Source: Craspedostauros australis | Lineage: Eukaryota | Length of the DNA: 38,803 bases | Direction of reading: 5' to 3' | NCBI GenBank assembly: GCA_030167865.1 | Contig: JALAGF010001952.1 | Span: 1 to 38,803 of the forward strand | Part shown: positions 23,077 to 34,274 of the stretch, one piece after another | Layout: each line of letters begins with the position of its first letter | Position numbering within the stretch: the stretch's first letter is position 1 | The notes under the pieces: generated by a model | Told to the model about the DNA's origin: nothing | Database searches by the model: none | Seen by the model: only the letters and a program-made list of their open reading frames with translations | Position numbers and translations under genes: made by a program

Positions 23077-25428
23077 TCACTGTTCGAATGCGGACGCATC
23101 CAAATGCAATTCGTAGTGCCCAGTCTCCAACCCCCTGTACAATGGAACGTCCATCGATGCTCGCATCATCCTACGTGCCACGTCGACGGCGACGGGACCA
23201 TTTTCCATCGCCCACGGTCCGCAATTCGGCATGTTCCGCAGGCTGATCGATACCACCTCCGCAGCGTTCACGCCGTCCGGCATGTTTGCAGGACCCGGGG
23301 CGATCCCACCGACGAAGCTGCCGATCACCATGTTCACAACACGTTGTGATCTCGAAGGCGTGTCACCACCATCATTGGAACGTGTCACTCCCAAGCCATT
23401 CAGACCGGCCATGTCCGTGATCCCACCGTCGATCAGCGTGTAATCCTCGATGCCATCCTGCTGACCCATGCGTCTCAGGTTCTGTCGAATAGTTGACAGG
23501 CTGATCTCCGGAACATCGAGCTCAGTGCTGTCATCGTCGTCATTGTTGTGCCCGCCGTCATCGTTGGTACTGCCGTCGCTGTCGCTGCTGCTGTTGGCAT
23601 TGGCAATGGCGTTCGAGGAGCTTGTTTGGTTGGCACCGGCAATCTTCCAACCCACTGGTTGAAAGAGCAAGGGGAAAGTGGCGGATGCTCTCGCAGCACG
23701 TGCCATGCTGCCTCGCTTCAGCAATACGCCCGACATGGTCTGCAAGTCGAATCCCGAAACTGCAATGGGCAGCACGGCATCCTCCAGGTTCAACCCTCGC
23801 CCTTGGCTTTGCTGCACCAAGAAGTCCTGCATGATGCTTTCGAATTTGTCGCCCTTGAAGGCAGCACCCAATGCCGGAGGGTCCGCAAACTGATCCAACG
23901 TGATGGTGGTGCAAAACTCTGCCGCGTCGGTGGGATCGACGCCAGCCGCCAGGAGAACTGCGGCCATGGCACCCGCTGACGCACCTGCCACAGAACGGAT
24001 GTTTTGGGGTGATTTCAGGAAAGGGATTCTGCCGTGATCGTCATGATGATCACTGCTGCCAGCGCTTTCACCAGTGATATCGCCTGCTGGATGATCCAGC
24101 TCATCCTGCCAGGCAGCCAGGGCCCCGAAGTAACCGTAGAAACCAAAGAAGGCCGGCGCCATGGCGAGGTCGATGCCATCTGGATGGAGCAGGAAGTCGC
24201 GCAGGGTGATGTCGGACTGGATCAGCTGAGAGGTGGTGGTCGGCGGCAGGACATGCGGCGCTGTGGCTTGCGCTGAGTCTGCGGACGCTGCCGGACGTTG
24301 CTGATACTTCAGCAGTGTCTGGCGGATGATATTGTTGATGTCCATGACGTCAGCTTTGCCATTTCCAATGTCATTGCCTTCTCCATTCGCATTCATGCCA
24401 GCATTGATAGCACTGGACAAGGTCGGTTGCCATCCCCAGAAGGTCACAGTGGCTGTCAGGGCAACGATAATGAAAACGGCGGTCGCAGTGGTGAAGAACT
24501 GAACGGGCGATTTCTGCCGATTGTCGTCACCAGCCGGGCGCGACCTATCTCGCTGTTGGGACCGGGATCGCGTTCTGGAACGTGACCGAGACGTTGCACG
24601 AGAGAGTGAACGAGATCTTGCGCGAGAGCCCGATCTTGGATGCATTTGCCGACGCTGATGGTGTTGCAATGCCCTTTCCGTTCGCATGACATCGGGCACG
24701 GCATGGTGCTGGTTGGATTGCGAAGGTAGTTGTTCCGTAAGACCAACAACGGGAGCAGGGCTGCACGGTGGTGGTCGTGGAGGCAGATCGCGCAGCTTGG
24801 ACATGTCGATCTGGTGCTTGTTTGGCATTGGTTGATGTGCTTGATGATGTGCTTGACGATTTGCCTGATGGTTGGCAACCTGCTGAAGGCGCTGCAGGAC
24901 CTGCTCTGGCGATGGGACCTTGCAACGTCCATTGGCCATGATGGGGGTGATCTGGTCAAACGGAGACAAGCGAGGCTGGTGACCCGATGACTTTCTGTCT
25001 GAATGTTGCAGTTTCCACTGCGCCTTTGCCTGCTGACCTTGCTCTTGCTCTTGCATATGGTTGTGGTTATGGTTGTGTTTCTGTTTGTGTTTGAGCACCT
25101 GTCGCTGCTGCACCGCACGCATGAGCTCTCCCTTGAAACCTGATCCGTCATCAGGAGATTCTTGCTGGAGTTGACCATTGAAGCTTGATGCTATTGCCGT
25201 TGTTGTTGTCGCTGTTCGTTGCCGCTTTGGCGATTGCAAATCAACATCGGAGTCAATGTCATGATCGACTTGCATGCGCTGCGTGGCTGCTTGGTCTTGC
25301 ATCAGAACATCAGCGTTGCTGTGCCCATCGCTTGGACTGTTGCTGTTGCGAGCATCATCACCACTGATCTGCTCAGCAGTTCGCTTGGTCCCGACGGCAT
25401 CGCAGGATTCGTTGCCCGCCTCAACCAT
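23077..25428 (-). CDS. Patatin-like phospholipase with N-terminal disordered region and one TM helix
   Basis: VAGASAGA (GxSxG), ARASATFPLLFQP, LIDGG (DGG), and oxyanion region LAMAPAFFGFYGYFG. TM FFTTATAVFIIVALTATVTFWGW. Likely start ATG at 25428 (MVEAG). Confidence 0.9.
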   Translation of the reverse strand: MVEAGNESCDAVGTKRTAEQISGDDARNSNSPSDGHSNADVLMQDQAATQRMQVDHDIDSDVDLQSPKRQRTATTTTAIASSFNGQLQQESPDDGSGFKGELMRAVQQRQVLKHKQKHNHNHNHMQEQEQGQQAKAQWKLQHSDRKSSGHQPRLSPFDQITPIMANGRCKVPSPEQVLQRLQQVANHQANRQAHHQAHQPMPNKHQIDMSKLRDLPPRPPPCSPAPVVGLTEQLPSQSNQHHAVPDVMRTERALQHHQRRQMHPRSGSRARSRSLSRATSRSRSRTRSRSQQRDRSRPAGDDNRQKSPVQFFTTATAVFIIVALTATVTFWGWQPTLSSAINAGMNANGEGNDIGNGKADVMDINNIIRQTLLKYQQRPAASADSAQATAPHVLPPTTTSQLIQSDITLRDFLLHPDGIDLAMAPAFFGFYGYFGALAAWQDELDHPAGDITGESAGSSDHHDDHGRIPFLKSPQNIRSVAGASAGAMAAVLLAAGVDPTDAAEFCTTITLDQFADPPALGAAFKGDKFESIMQDFLVQQSQGRGLNLEDAVLPIAVSGFDLQTMSGVLLKRGSMARAARASATFPLLFQPVGWKIAGANQTSSSNAIANANSSSDSDGSTNDDGGHNNDDDDSTELDVPEISLSTIRQNLRRMGQQDGIEDYTLIDGGITDMAGLNGLGVTRSNDGGDTPSRSQRVVNMVIGSFVGGIAPGPANMPDGVNAAEVVSISLRNMPNCGPWAMENGPVAVDVARRMMRASMDVPLYRGLETGHYELHLDASAFEQ

Positions 25429-27200
25429 GCTGAATGCTGGGAGATGGAATGCTGTTGTTCTGATGCAACTATTGATGTGGCACAAGTCCAACTAAAATCA
25501 TGAGTATGAGTACGAATGGAATGAATGAGGTGACTGGCAGTGATGGCACAAAGAATGACTGAAGGGGATGGTGTCTCATGTGACGGTGCGGTTGATGAAG
25601 ATGCTGGTCACATCATTCACGTCACCCATGCCCGCACCGCAGCAACAACGCATTGGAGTGGATGGTGTTGTTGTTGGTGTCGGCGCAAAAAATGAGGAGG
25701 GAAAGCGCGCTTTCGAATTTCAAACGACTTTTTGTTTCTACCCTATCTGACCAATCCGACTCAACCATCTTCCATTCACCACGTTGGCGAAGAAAGGCTA
25801 CAACCACTCTCGCTCAACTACTGGAGACATCAACGGAACGTGTGGTGGCGAAATGGAAGATTCCGAATTCCACATGCTATTCGTCACAAAAACGTGATTG
25901 GGAATGAGCGAAGCTATCATTTCTTGTTCTTTGACATCAGCGTGGGGAGAACATGGAAGCGGCGATGTGACATGACGCGTCATAGTTTCGATTGGAGAAG
26001 TGAGAAACAATCTCTCGAGGGTGATGGGGGCAAACGCGGGTTCGAGCACTGTCTTTCGTGGTGTTGTCTGATGTGGTGCTCTGAGATGACTGGCGGCGCC
26101 GTGGATCGTGGCGTTGCGATTTCTTTCGCCCATGTGGTTCAGTGTTTCACTGCGCCTCCTTGTTCGTCAGTGGACCACACTACGTACTTGTGATTGGGCG
26201 TTTACTGCTCGTTGTCGCCATCACAGAGCGCGGATAAATCTCTTCGTCGTTGGTCAGGAAATTCCGCGTTTGCGGCGCTACGGACAACACGTGGTTGTGT
26301 GGAATGTTGGCTGCTGTTTTGCGTTTCTCTCTTTGCTCACCTTCCAAGCGAAACAGAAGAGAGGATTGTCATGGCACGAACGAGAGGATTGCGCCCTGTT
26401 CTCCCATGTCGCAGCAAGGGAAGCAAGTTTATCGTTGGCGTTGTGCCCTGGTTGCCTTGTTGATCTTCATTGCGGGAGTGTTTGGTTTCCTGGTGCTGTT
26501 GCTGCGGGTGTTGTGGTTCAATCCTCTGACCATCCATCAGATGACTGTGCGCGCATTCTATTGCGGCTGATACGATCTTGCGTGTGCTGTTGTTGTCGGG
26601 GCGAGCGATACAGTCAATGTCGGTTGTGGGTTCCATCATCACAACTTGACTGTGCTGATACCTCATAGAATACCATCTTGGCGCGAAAAATAGAGGACAC
26701 CTCGAGAGAGACAGAGAGACACAGAGAGATCCTTGGGTTCTGTTGTGGCTGTCCTGTGTTGCGCTACCTTGAGCCGAGCCGCGGTGAGGTGAGGTGAGGC
26801 AAGAGAAGCGAAGCAGATCCACCATCCTCGCAACACAAACGACCCGGACTACGAATACTTGGAAGAGAAGGGGTTGCTCTCGTCGTTCTTGTTGGTGCCA
26901 AAATTGCGCCAAAATTGCGCCAACAAAGCCAAGGGGAGAAACGAAACGAAACCAAGCGGAGTGTGCCGCGCCATTCGTGGACCAGCAGAGCGGAGTGGGC
27001 TCCGTTGGAGTTGAGGATCCGTCAGCATCACAGAGTATAGTAGGTCGTGCGTGGGGTCAACCACTCAAGAGCGCTCCAACGTCCCTATCCCAGAGGATTT
27101 CGGGAAACCACTGGACGGAGAAACGCCATCGGAAGCCTACCGACACGGCCGACAAGGCAGCAGCAGCAGAGGCAGAGGCAGAGATAGAGATAGAGGCGAG

Positions 27201-29911
27201 ATGATGGACGCGCACAGTCAAAGTGAGGGGCAAGAAGCCGCTTCTTCTGTTTCTGCTTCGGCCTCCGCTCGCGTATCAACGCACTATTCCGCATGTGATT
27301 CCGTCTCCACATCTGAGTCTGCTTCGGCCTCTGATAGCACACACCAATCGCAAGGACAAGACCCCGGCTCCCATCTCCGAAGAACCGGAGAGGCGATGAC
27401 CGGCACAGAATCGCTCCCGATGTCAATCACATCTGCAGGGTCCTACGATTCTCTCTTGGATGCAGACCTCGTGGAGGATGATGGCTGTTGCTTCGGCTTG
27501 ACCTCTCTCTTTCCTTCCTTCGGCCCTTCGTTCAGGTCTGTGTCCGCTTCTGCTAGCAACCTTGCTGGCAGACGTCGTTCCGAACCAGCCGTTGCAACCT
27601 CACAGGGCTCTAGTTCTCTCACCCATGAACACCACGTTGGCTATGCAAGCGGATACAACAGTGGGCACAACAGTGGGCACAACAATGGATACAACAATGG
27701 GCACAACAGTGGGCCCAACAGTGGGCACCTGCAAGATCATGCCTGCAATCACAAACACGCAGGCCACATGCGTCTGCCAAGCAGCGACCTCAGCACATCA
27801 GCATGCACCGCGGCAAACACCAGCACAAGCACCTTCACAATCGGATCCATGTCATCATGTGAGATCGACTCCTCCGCACAGCTGGGCACACCCGCATCAT
27901 CACGGTGTCAGCAACTCAACGGCCAAGTCAATGGCCAAGTCAATGGACTTGTCAATGAACATGTCAATGGACATGTCAATGGCCAGGTTCACCACCACAA
28001 TCTGCGTCGCAGCTCTTCGCGCCATGGCGGTCTCGCTACGTTCCACACAAACAGAGACACCCACGGAGACGTCGCCGCGGATACGGATGCTGACATCATG
28101 CATGAAACACCCAGCTTCGTTCGATCCAAGATCAAGGAGATGATCCGCAACATCAAGCACATACCGGCCAAGAAACGCCGCGTCTTTGACCACGCGCGAT
28201 TCCTTCATCCTCGTCTGCTCAAGGACCATTCCCTCTTCCTCATGTTCCTTCGGGCGGATCTGTTCCACACGCAGAGGGCGGCACGTCGTCTCTGCGCCTT
28301 CCTGCATGTCAAGAAGGACCTCTTTGGATTCGATTCCGTCCTCAGGCGCATCACCAGGGATGATCTGGATCTTGTGGAACGGGAGATCTTGAACCGCGGA
28401 GAGCTGCAGCCCTTGCAGGCATACGATCAGTTCGGGAGGAAGGTGCTCTTCACACGGCCCACCTTGGAGCGCCTCGATCCGACTGCCATGGTACGTCTTC
28501 ACAGTATCAATCGCAACGACATCAGCAGCCATGTGTGTACCATATTCTTGCATCGTCGTGCTATTTGCGACTTGGACACCATGACAACCATGCATGTGCG
28601 CACGCTTACTCATCCACTCACTCACTCACTCAAATACACTAACGTACACTTGAATTCACTCATCAACCCCATCTATCCACTCTTACTTACGCACATCAAC
28701 CCCAACTGCAGACCCGATGCCTCTTCTACATCATGCTTTCGACGCTCGAAGGCGATGTTCGGGCACAACGAAATGGCTGCGTGCAGATCATCTACCTCAA
28801 TGGACTCTCGCTCAACATCCACAACCTCCGCCTCAAGGATCAAATGGTGAGGCTCAAGAAGGCTGCTTCCGTCCTTCCCTACAGGCTGGTCACCACGCAC
28901 GAATGCTACAGCAACACCATCCTCAAGCCGCTCGTCACCTTCGCAAGTTCCGCATCCCAGAAACGACGGAGAACGAAGGTCAGGTGTCACTTTGGATCGA
29001 CGACGGAATGCCTCTACGCATTGAATGCTTTTGGCATTCCGATTGCGGACCTCCCAGTGTCACAGGACGGTCACATTATCCGGGTGCTCTGCGAACGCCC
29101 CCTTCACGCATCGGGAGATAGCAGGGCACCAATCGCAGCCACATCAACGGCAACGGCAAGAAACATGGAGGAATCCAAGATCTGCGAGGAAGGCGCTTGC
29201 GACCCGATGCACGTTCCAACACACTCGAGCTCGAGCTGGGTGCAAATTCCAAAGGAACATGACATCCTCCTCGGGCGTAGTGCACGCTGCCTCCAGCATC
29301 CTGGCAATGTGCGCCTTTCCGATCTCATCAAAACACATTCCGAAAAATACAACAGCACCATCATCTGCAACATCAAGACCAGCATTTGTGACGACATCCT
29401 GCAAACCATCCGCGCCAACGGCAACAGCTTCCTCTGTCGCCGCGGAACGGATAACGGATGGGACGCAGTGCCTGACTCTGTCGCAATAGACGAGATACAC
29501 CAGGCGTTCCGAATGCAGAATTCACCTGGCAGGAGCAGACAACGTGCCATGAATGAATGGGACAGACGACCATCGTCGCCGATGAAGAAGACGCGCACCG
29601 TGGAAACAACGACCATTATCGATTCCAGCCACTTGCAGATGAACGGTAATATCACCGATACAAACTGCGATAGCGACAGTGCCATCGACAATGACAATGG
29701 TAGCGGCAGTGACAGCAACTTCAAGCTGAATCAGCCGCTGAATCCAGACCTGAAGGCCAAACCAACCCATCGCCACGGCTGGAACCAAGTCATTCCTGCC
29801 CAACAGCACCAGGGCCAGAACCGGCGGGTGCAAACCCAGATGCAGATCCACATGCAAATGCATATGCGCTTGAAGCGTCATGTGCGCGGTGGATCCGCTG
29901 CACGGAAGTGA
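27201..29911 (+). CDS. CRAL-TRIO/Sec14-like + DUF6824 protein (paralog A), 2 exons: 27201-28490, 28712-29911
   Basis: FLMFLRADLFHTQRAARRLCAFLHVKKDLFG (CRAL-TRIO-N-like), YDQFGRKVL, QRNGCVQIIY, RCHFGSTTECLYALNAFGIP, then HDILLGR...HPGNVRL...FL...W...IHQAFR (DUF6824). Phase-0 intron 28491-28711 (ATG|gtacgt...actgcag|ACC). Confidence 0.85.
27655..27988 (+). repeat. Coding 12-bp minisatellites encoding (H/Y/P)N(S/N)G and NG(Q/H/L)V tetrapeptide repeats
   Basis: acaacagtgggc-type units at ~27655-27729 and (gtc)aatggccaa/aatggacat units at ~27918-27988. Confidence 0.85.
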
Positions 29912-30465
29912 CTGTCCTTCTCCCAATCGTCAGCAACAACCGACGCATCGAAGCGCATCATGAGAGCAAGCGGATGTGTATCTCATCAGTTGCTGATGAG
30001 GCACACAGACTCACTCTGACCACTAAGCAACAACAGCAAGGCAAGCAATGAATTCTGATTATGGAGTGGTTGACAAACAACTCACTCGGAGCATGATCGT
30101 GCTTCCCCGAAGGTAAGCCCCGCACTTACAAATATATACGAGTGGGGAGAACACTTCTCCTTCACCCTCCGCAAACGCAAATACATGCAAATTCACACTG
30201 ATACAGAGATAAAGATGCACGAGTATTCATTGGCATGGCAAGCCATACACAAACACGTCCATGGACGCACAGGAAACACTAGCAAGTAAAGTAGAGTATT
30301 ACACAAACAAATCAACCCAAGTAGCATTACTACACAAAATACTCGAGCACTGCTGCAATCTGGTTTGGTCCGTTCCGTTGCTTTCTATTGGTATTGCACG
30401 ACCATGTCACCTCACGTCCTACCGTCACGATACGACCGTGCATGAGGCTTGCCAATACATATACT

Positions 30466-30509
30466 CGTGCTCGTCCCCGTGCTCGTCCCCGTGCTCGTCC
30501 CCGTGCTCG
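30466..30509. repeat. 12-bp tandem repeat (CGTGCTCGTCCC)x3.7 between the convergent genes
   Basis: Read directly from the sequence. Confidence 0.9.
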
Positions 30510-30842
30510 ACGCCTGGTTTCCTTGCACTTGTGCGTATGGACGAACTTTGCTCGTTGACTCTTCCACTTGATCGTGCTTACGTTCATTTCTTCGTAGCTT
30601 GTAGCTTGTACCCGTACTCTACCAATACAGCAGTGGTGTTATCTGCCGCGCTGACCATCCTCCAATCTTCCAATCCTCCCTCTGAACCGCGGTGCAAACT
30701 AGATGGCATGTTGCTCGCTTCGACACCCACTTGGGCGCCCGCGCCTTGCTTCAAACCGGCCATCCAAATTTGCGGCATAGCGCCGATTGCGGATCATGCT
30801 GATTGGGACCCGTGGATACTCGAGTACGAGACGAGGAAGTCC

Positions 30843-33271
30843 TCATTGCACATGCGACTGTCCCATGAATGCGCCGGCATTGGTTTGCTGTGCGTTGTGC
30901 CATATCGCCTGTCTTTGCATGTCCACAATCTCCGCATCCACCAAGTTCTGCTGTTGACCTCCATTGAACCGAATGGGTTGCTGCATGGGGATACCCGCAG
31001 AAGCAGCGGCCGCAGCGTCAAACTGACCGAACATGGTTGCCGGAGCCTGCCCTTGCGACATGGTGGAGGCGAAAAGCTGCTGCTGCTGGGACGCATTCAT
31101 GATGGAAGGATAGGTGAAGGCTTGCTGAGCTCCGTGTCCATGCGCATTCATGGTGGAGGCATGCCAAGGATTGAAGGGATTTGCTTGGACGAGGAGGCTC
31201 ATCGGATTCATCCAGCCCGCCGCAGTGGCAGATGCGGAGGCAGGATCGAATTTGTACTTTTTGATTGCTTGGTCATCGTGTGCTGGTTGTTGCTGGAATG
31301 TTGTATTCCTGGTTTGATCCGCCTTTGCAGCTGGGTTGGTGCTGCCGGCATCGGTTGTGCCTCCTTCTGTGGCATCGCGCGCTTTCAATTGCCTCTTCTT
31401 GGCGTTGCCTGCACCAGATGTCGTGGCTGCCTTTGCCTTTTGGGGCCGCGATTTGGCCTTCTTCCCAGCGCGCTTCTGCTTCTGCTTCACCTTGGTCCGG
31501 AACCCGTACGCAACCTTCTCCAGGGCGACGGTCTCGTCCACCTCCATCCAGGGCGAGTCTTCATCGTCGCGCTTCAAGAAGTGGCCGCCATTTCGCTTCA
31601 CGATCTCCCTGACCTCGTCAATGATGGTCGCCTTCTCTCCGTACTTGTTTGCGGACCTGTGCATTTCCATCCTGGATTCGATCATCTTCGATAGAGCCTG
31701 GTTGCCTGGATGGTTTTGATACGGCTTGCCACGTCCTAGCAGAATGTCATGTTCGGTCGGTGTGTCGACGAAGACGGTAGGTGCATCATCGCCCGTTCCA
31801 TCACTGCTGTTGCCGTTCCCGCCGACGTTGATCTTCTGCCGGTCGTACTCCTCCTGCAGCATTCGGCGTTGCTGCTGTTCTTCCTGCAAACGCTGTTGCT
31901 CAAGCTGACGCCAAGCGTCGATATACTTGATGTAGTAATCGCTGTTCAGCGCCATGCCATCCTGCTTGAGAGGAAAGCTCTCGACCGGTATGCCAAAGGT
32001 CTTCAATTTGTACAAACATTCCATCTGGGAACCTGTCGTCGTCAATGTTAGTGTTGAGCGTCATCAAATCACGTGCAATAAAAGCACATGAATGGACGGA
32101 ATAGTGCGTGGGGGTATTTGCGGAACAACAACAAAGTGGAAATGAAATGAGATGAGGAGACGTCGTTAGATGAACGGATGCACACAACGCAGACGTCTCA
32201 TGCATGAACGGCAAATGTTCTCTATGCCCACCGCACTGATTGCATTGCATTGCAGTGCATTGCATGCGCGCGTGTTGTACGAGTAGCAAAAGCAAGACAG
32301 CGAAGCCCGTGTCCCAGCAGCGTAGCACTGTCCGTCATTCACCACGCACACATTCTCGGAAACAGACACAAGAACTCACCGAAATGTGCTTGGAACCGCA
32401 ACCGACTGGCGGCCTCTATCATCTTGGGGATGACGTATAGCAGAGGCTTCATCTCCGCCTGGTTGTAGCACGCGTGCATGGATGAATCGCGAAAGGGCAG
32501 AGAGGAAAGCAGACGCGGTCCGCCGTTGGAGAATATTTTAACAAACTCCAGGGGGTGGCAACGATCCTGACCGAGGAAGTAGAATATGGTGACCAACCCC
32601 CGGAGCTGGAAGTTCAAGTCATGATCGCTCATGACCATCGCCATGACTGTGAAATACAACTTCTTGAGCTGCAGGCATGAGTGTGAGCGTGGGTGTTAGT
32701 GAACGACGCATTGTTTGCATGTTGTGCGTCCGCAAAGTGGACCGAGACAGGAATGGCCACGACAACAACGAAGAGGAATCAGCAGTATGGAATGAAGACG
32801 GGGCATGGCAACATTACAGGATTGAAAGCATCCAGCAGTACTGGTACGCAGTCACAACCTCCACAGCAATCATTGCAAGATGAACAAGCAGATACGCACA
32901 CGCACACGAACACGCACACGATCACACTCTTACCATAATGTCGATCCTTGCCCAATCGAAGAGCATGGGACTGACGAAGAGGACAGAGCGTCCCGACTGG
33001 TCTCGCACCGGCACCGGCTGGCAGCCACCGACCTTGACATGGTGCTGCTCCTCTGGCGTGAAGTGCTCGTGCATGGTGACGGTCTTGCAGATGTTGTTGA
33101 GACCGAAGAGCTCGAGCTTGACCTGGTAGTACAAGGCCATCTTGGCTGCCGCCATGTGAGCCAGCTTCGTCATTTGCTTGGATGGCAGGATGATCATCGT
33201 CATGTCATTCACGACATCGTCATCGTTGTCGTCATCGTTGTCATCATCAGTAGTGATGTCGCCACCTGCAA

Positions 33272-33310
<39 letters not shown>

Positions 33311-34274
33311 CATGAAAAGCGGATCCGTTGCCATCATCCTTGATCGTATGATATTCATGTATGGACCTGAGGAAGGCAAGCCAGAGCCATTTGGTGTGCC
33401 TGTTGAGCTGCACACGATGAGGCGCCAGGAACAAGGCCTGTTCGTAGGCGGATCGCTGCGACGACCGTAGTTTTTTGAGCTCGCTCTGCATGAGCCGAAG
33501 CAGCGCCCGGTCGTCCGAGCGCACGTACCTTGCGACGGGGGTGATGTCCGAGATGGAACGTGGTATCGATGGCGCCGGGGACATTGGAGATGCTGGAGTG
33601 GCTTGCTGTGGCATCCCGCTCTCATCTGCAGCAGAAGCATGAGCGTGAGGATGAGCGCGAGTATGGGCAGAAGTTGAATTGGATATTGATGTGGATGTGG
33701 CTGCCCTCGCCGCTTGTCTCTTTTGCATGGACATGACAGTCGCGGGAGTTGCAACGCCATGGACGTCTTCCAGGATGCGGTTCCGTTCTTTTAGGGTGAG
33801 CTGACCAAACTCCTGCGCTATGTCAATGTCAGCATTGGAAGTGTCAGGGAGACCGTAGTCGGTCGTTTGGATGATGTGCTGCCTGCGACCGTGACTCTGA
33901 CTGCTCTGATTGCTCTGCTCATGACTGCTGTTGATGCTGGAAGTTGATGCTGATGTTGATGCCGATGTCGAAGTGGAACAAAATCCCCGACAGCCGGACC
34001 TGCCCATCGATCCCGAATCATCGCTGTCGCTGTATGCAGCAGAAAGGGAGGCCGTGGCGGCCGTGCTTGCCGTGGGAACCGAGGAGGATGCGCTGCAGGA
34101 GCCATCCCCTCTGTAACTGTGTGCGTAACCCTGGTTGGTGACGCTGAGGATGCTGCTGCTGTTGCCGGCACTGTTGGACATGTCGCTTCCGTGACTGCCG
34201 CTGCAGCTCCCCGTCTCCGTGGAGCAGGTCGCTGTGCTGCAGCTGTCTCGTCGTTGCGCATCTCCCTTCATCAT
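30843..34274 (-). CDS. CRAL-TRIO/Sec14-like + DUF6824 protein (paralog B), 3 exons: 34274-32934, 32668-32380, 32032-30843
   Basis: IAQEFGQLTLKERNRILEDVHGV, AYEQALFLAP, LAFLRS...AAAKMALYYQVKLELFG, RDQSGRSVL, QLRGLVTIFY, HACYN, HFG|SQMECLYKLKTFGIP, HDILLGRGKPYQNHPGN...GGHFLK...W.EV....ALEKVAYGFR. Introns 32669-32933 (ATG|gtaaga...ctgcag, phase 0) and 32033-32379 (G|gtgagt...ctaac...gacag, phase 1) keep the frame. Confidence 0.87.
33272..33310 (-). repeat. Coding (AAC)n microsatellite, poly-Asn
   Basis: (ttg)n on the + strand encodes N12 in exon 1 of paralog B. Confidence 0.9.

Noticed and set aside
29912..30180. Possible SECIS or hairpin after the TGA of paralog A
   Set aside because: No convincing ATGA/GA quartet with an AA loop, and no selenoprotein-like context at the TGA.
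30261..31694. 477-aa + strand ORF
   Set aside because: Antisense shadow of paralog B exon 3 and its 3' region; no recognisable motifs.
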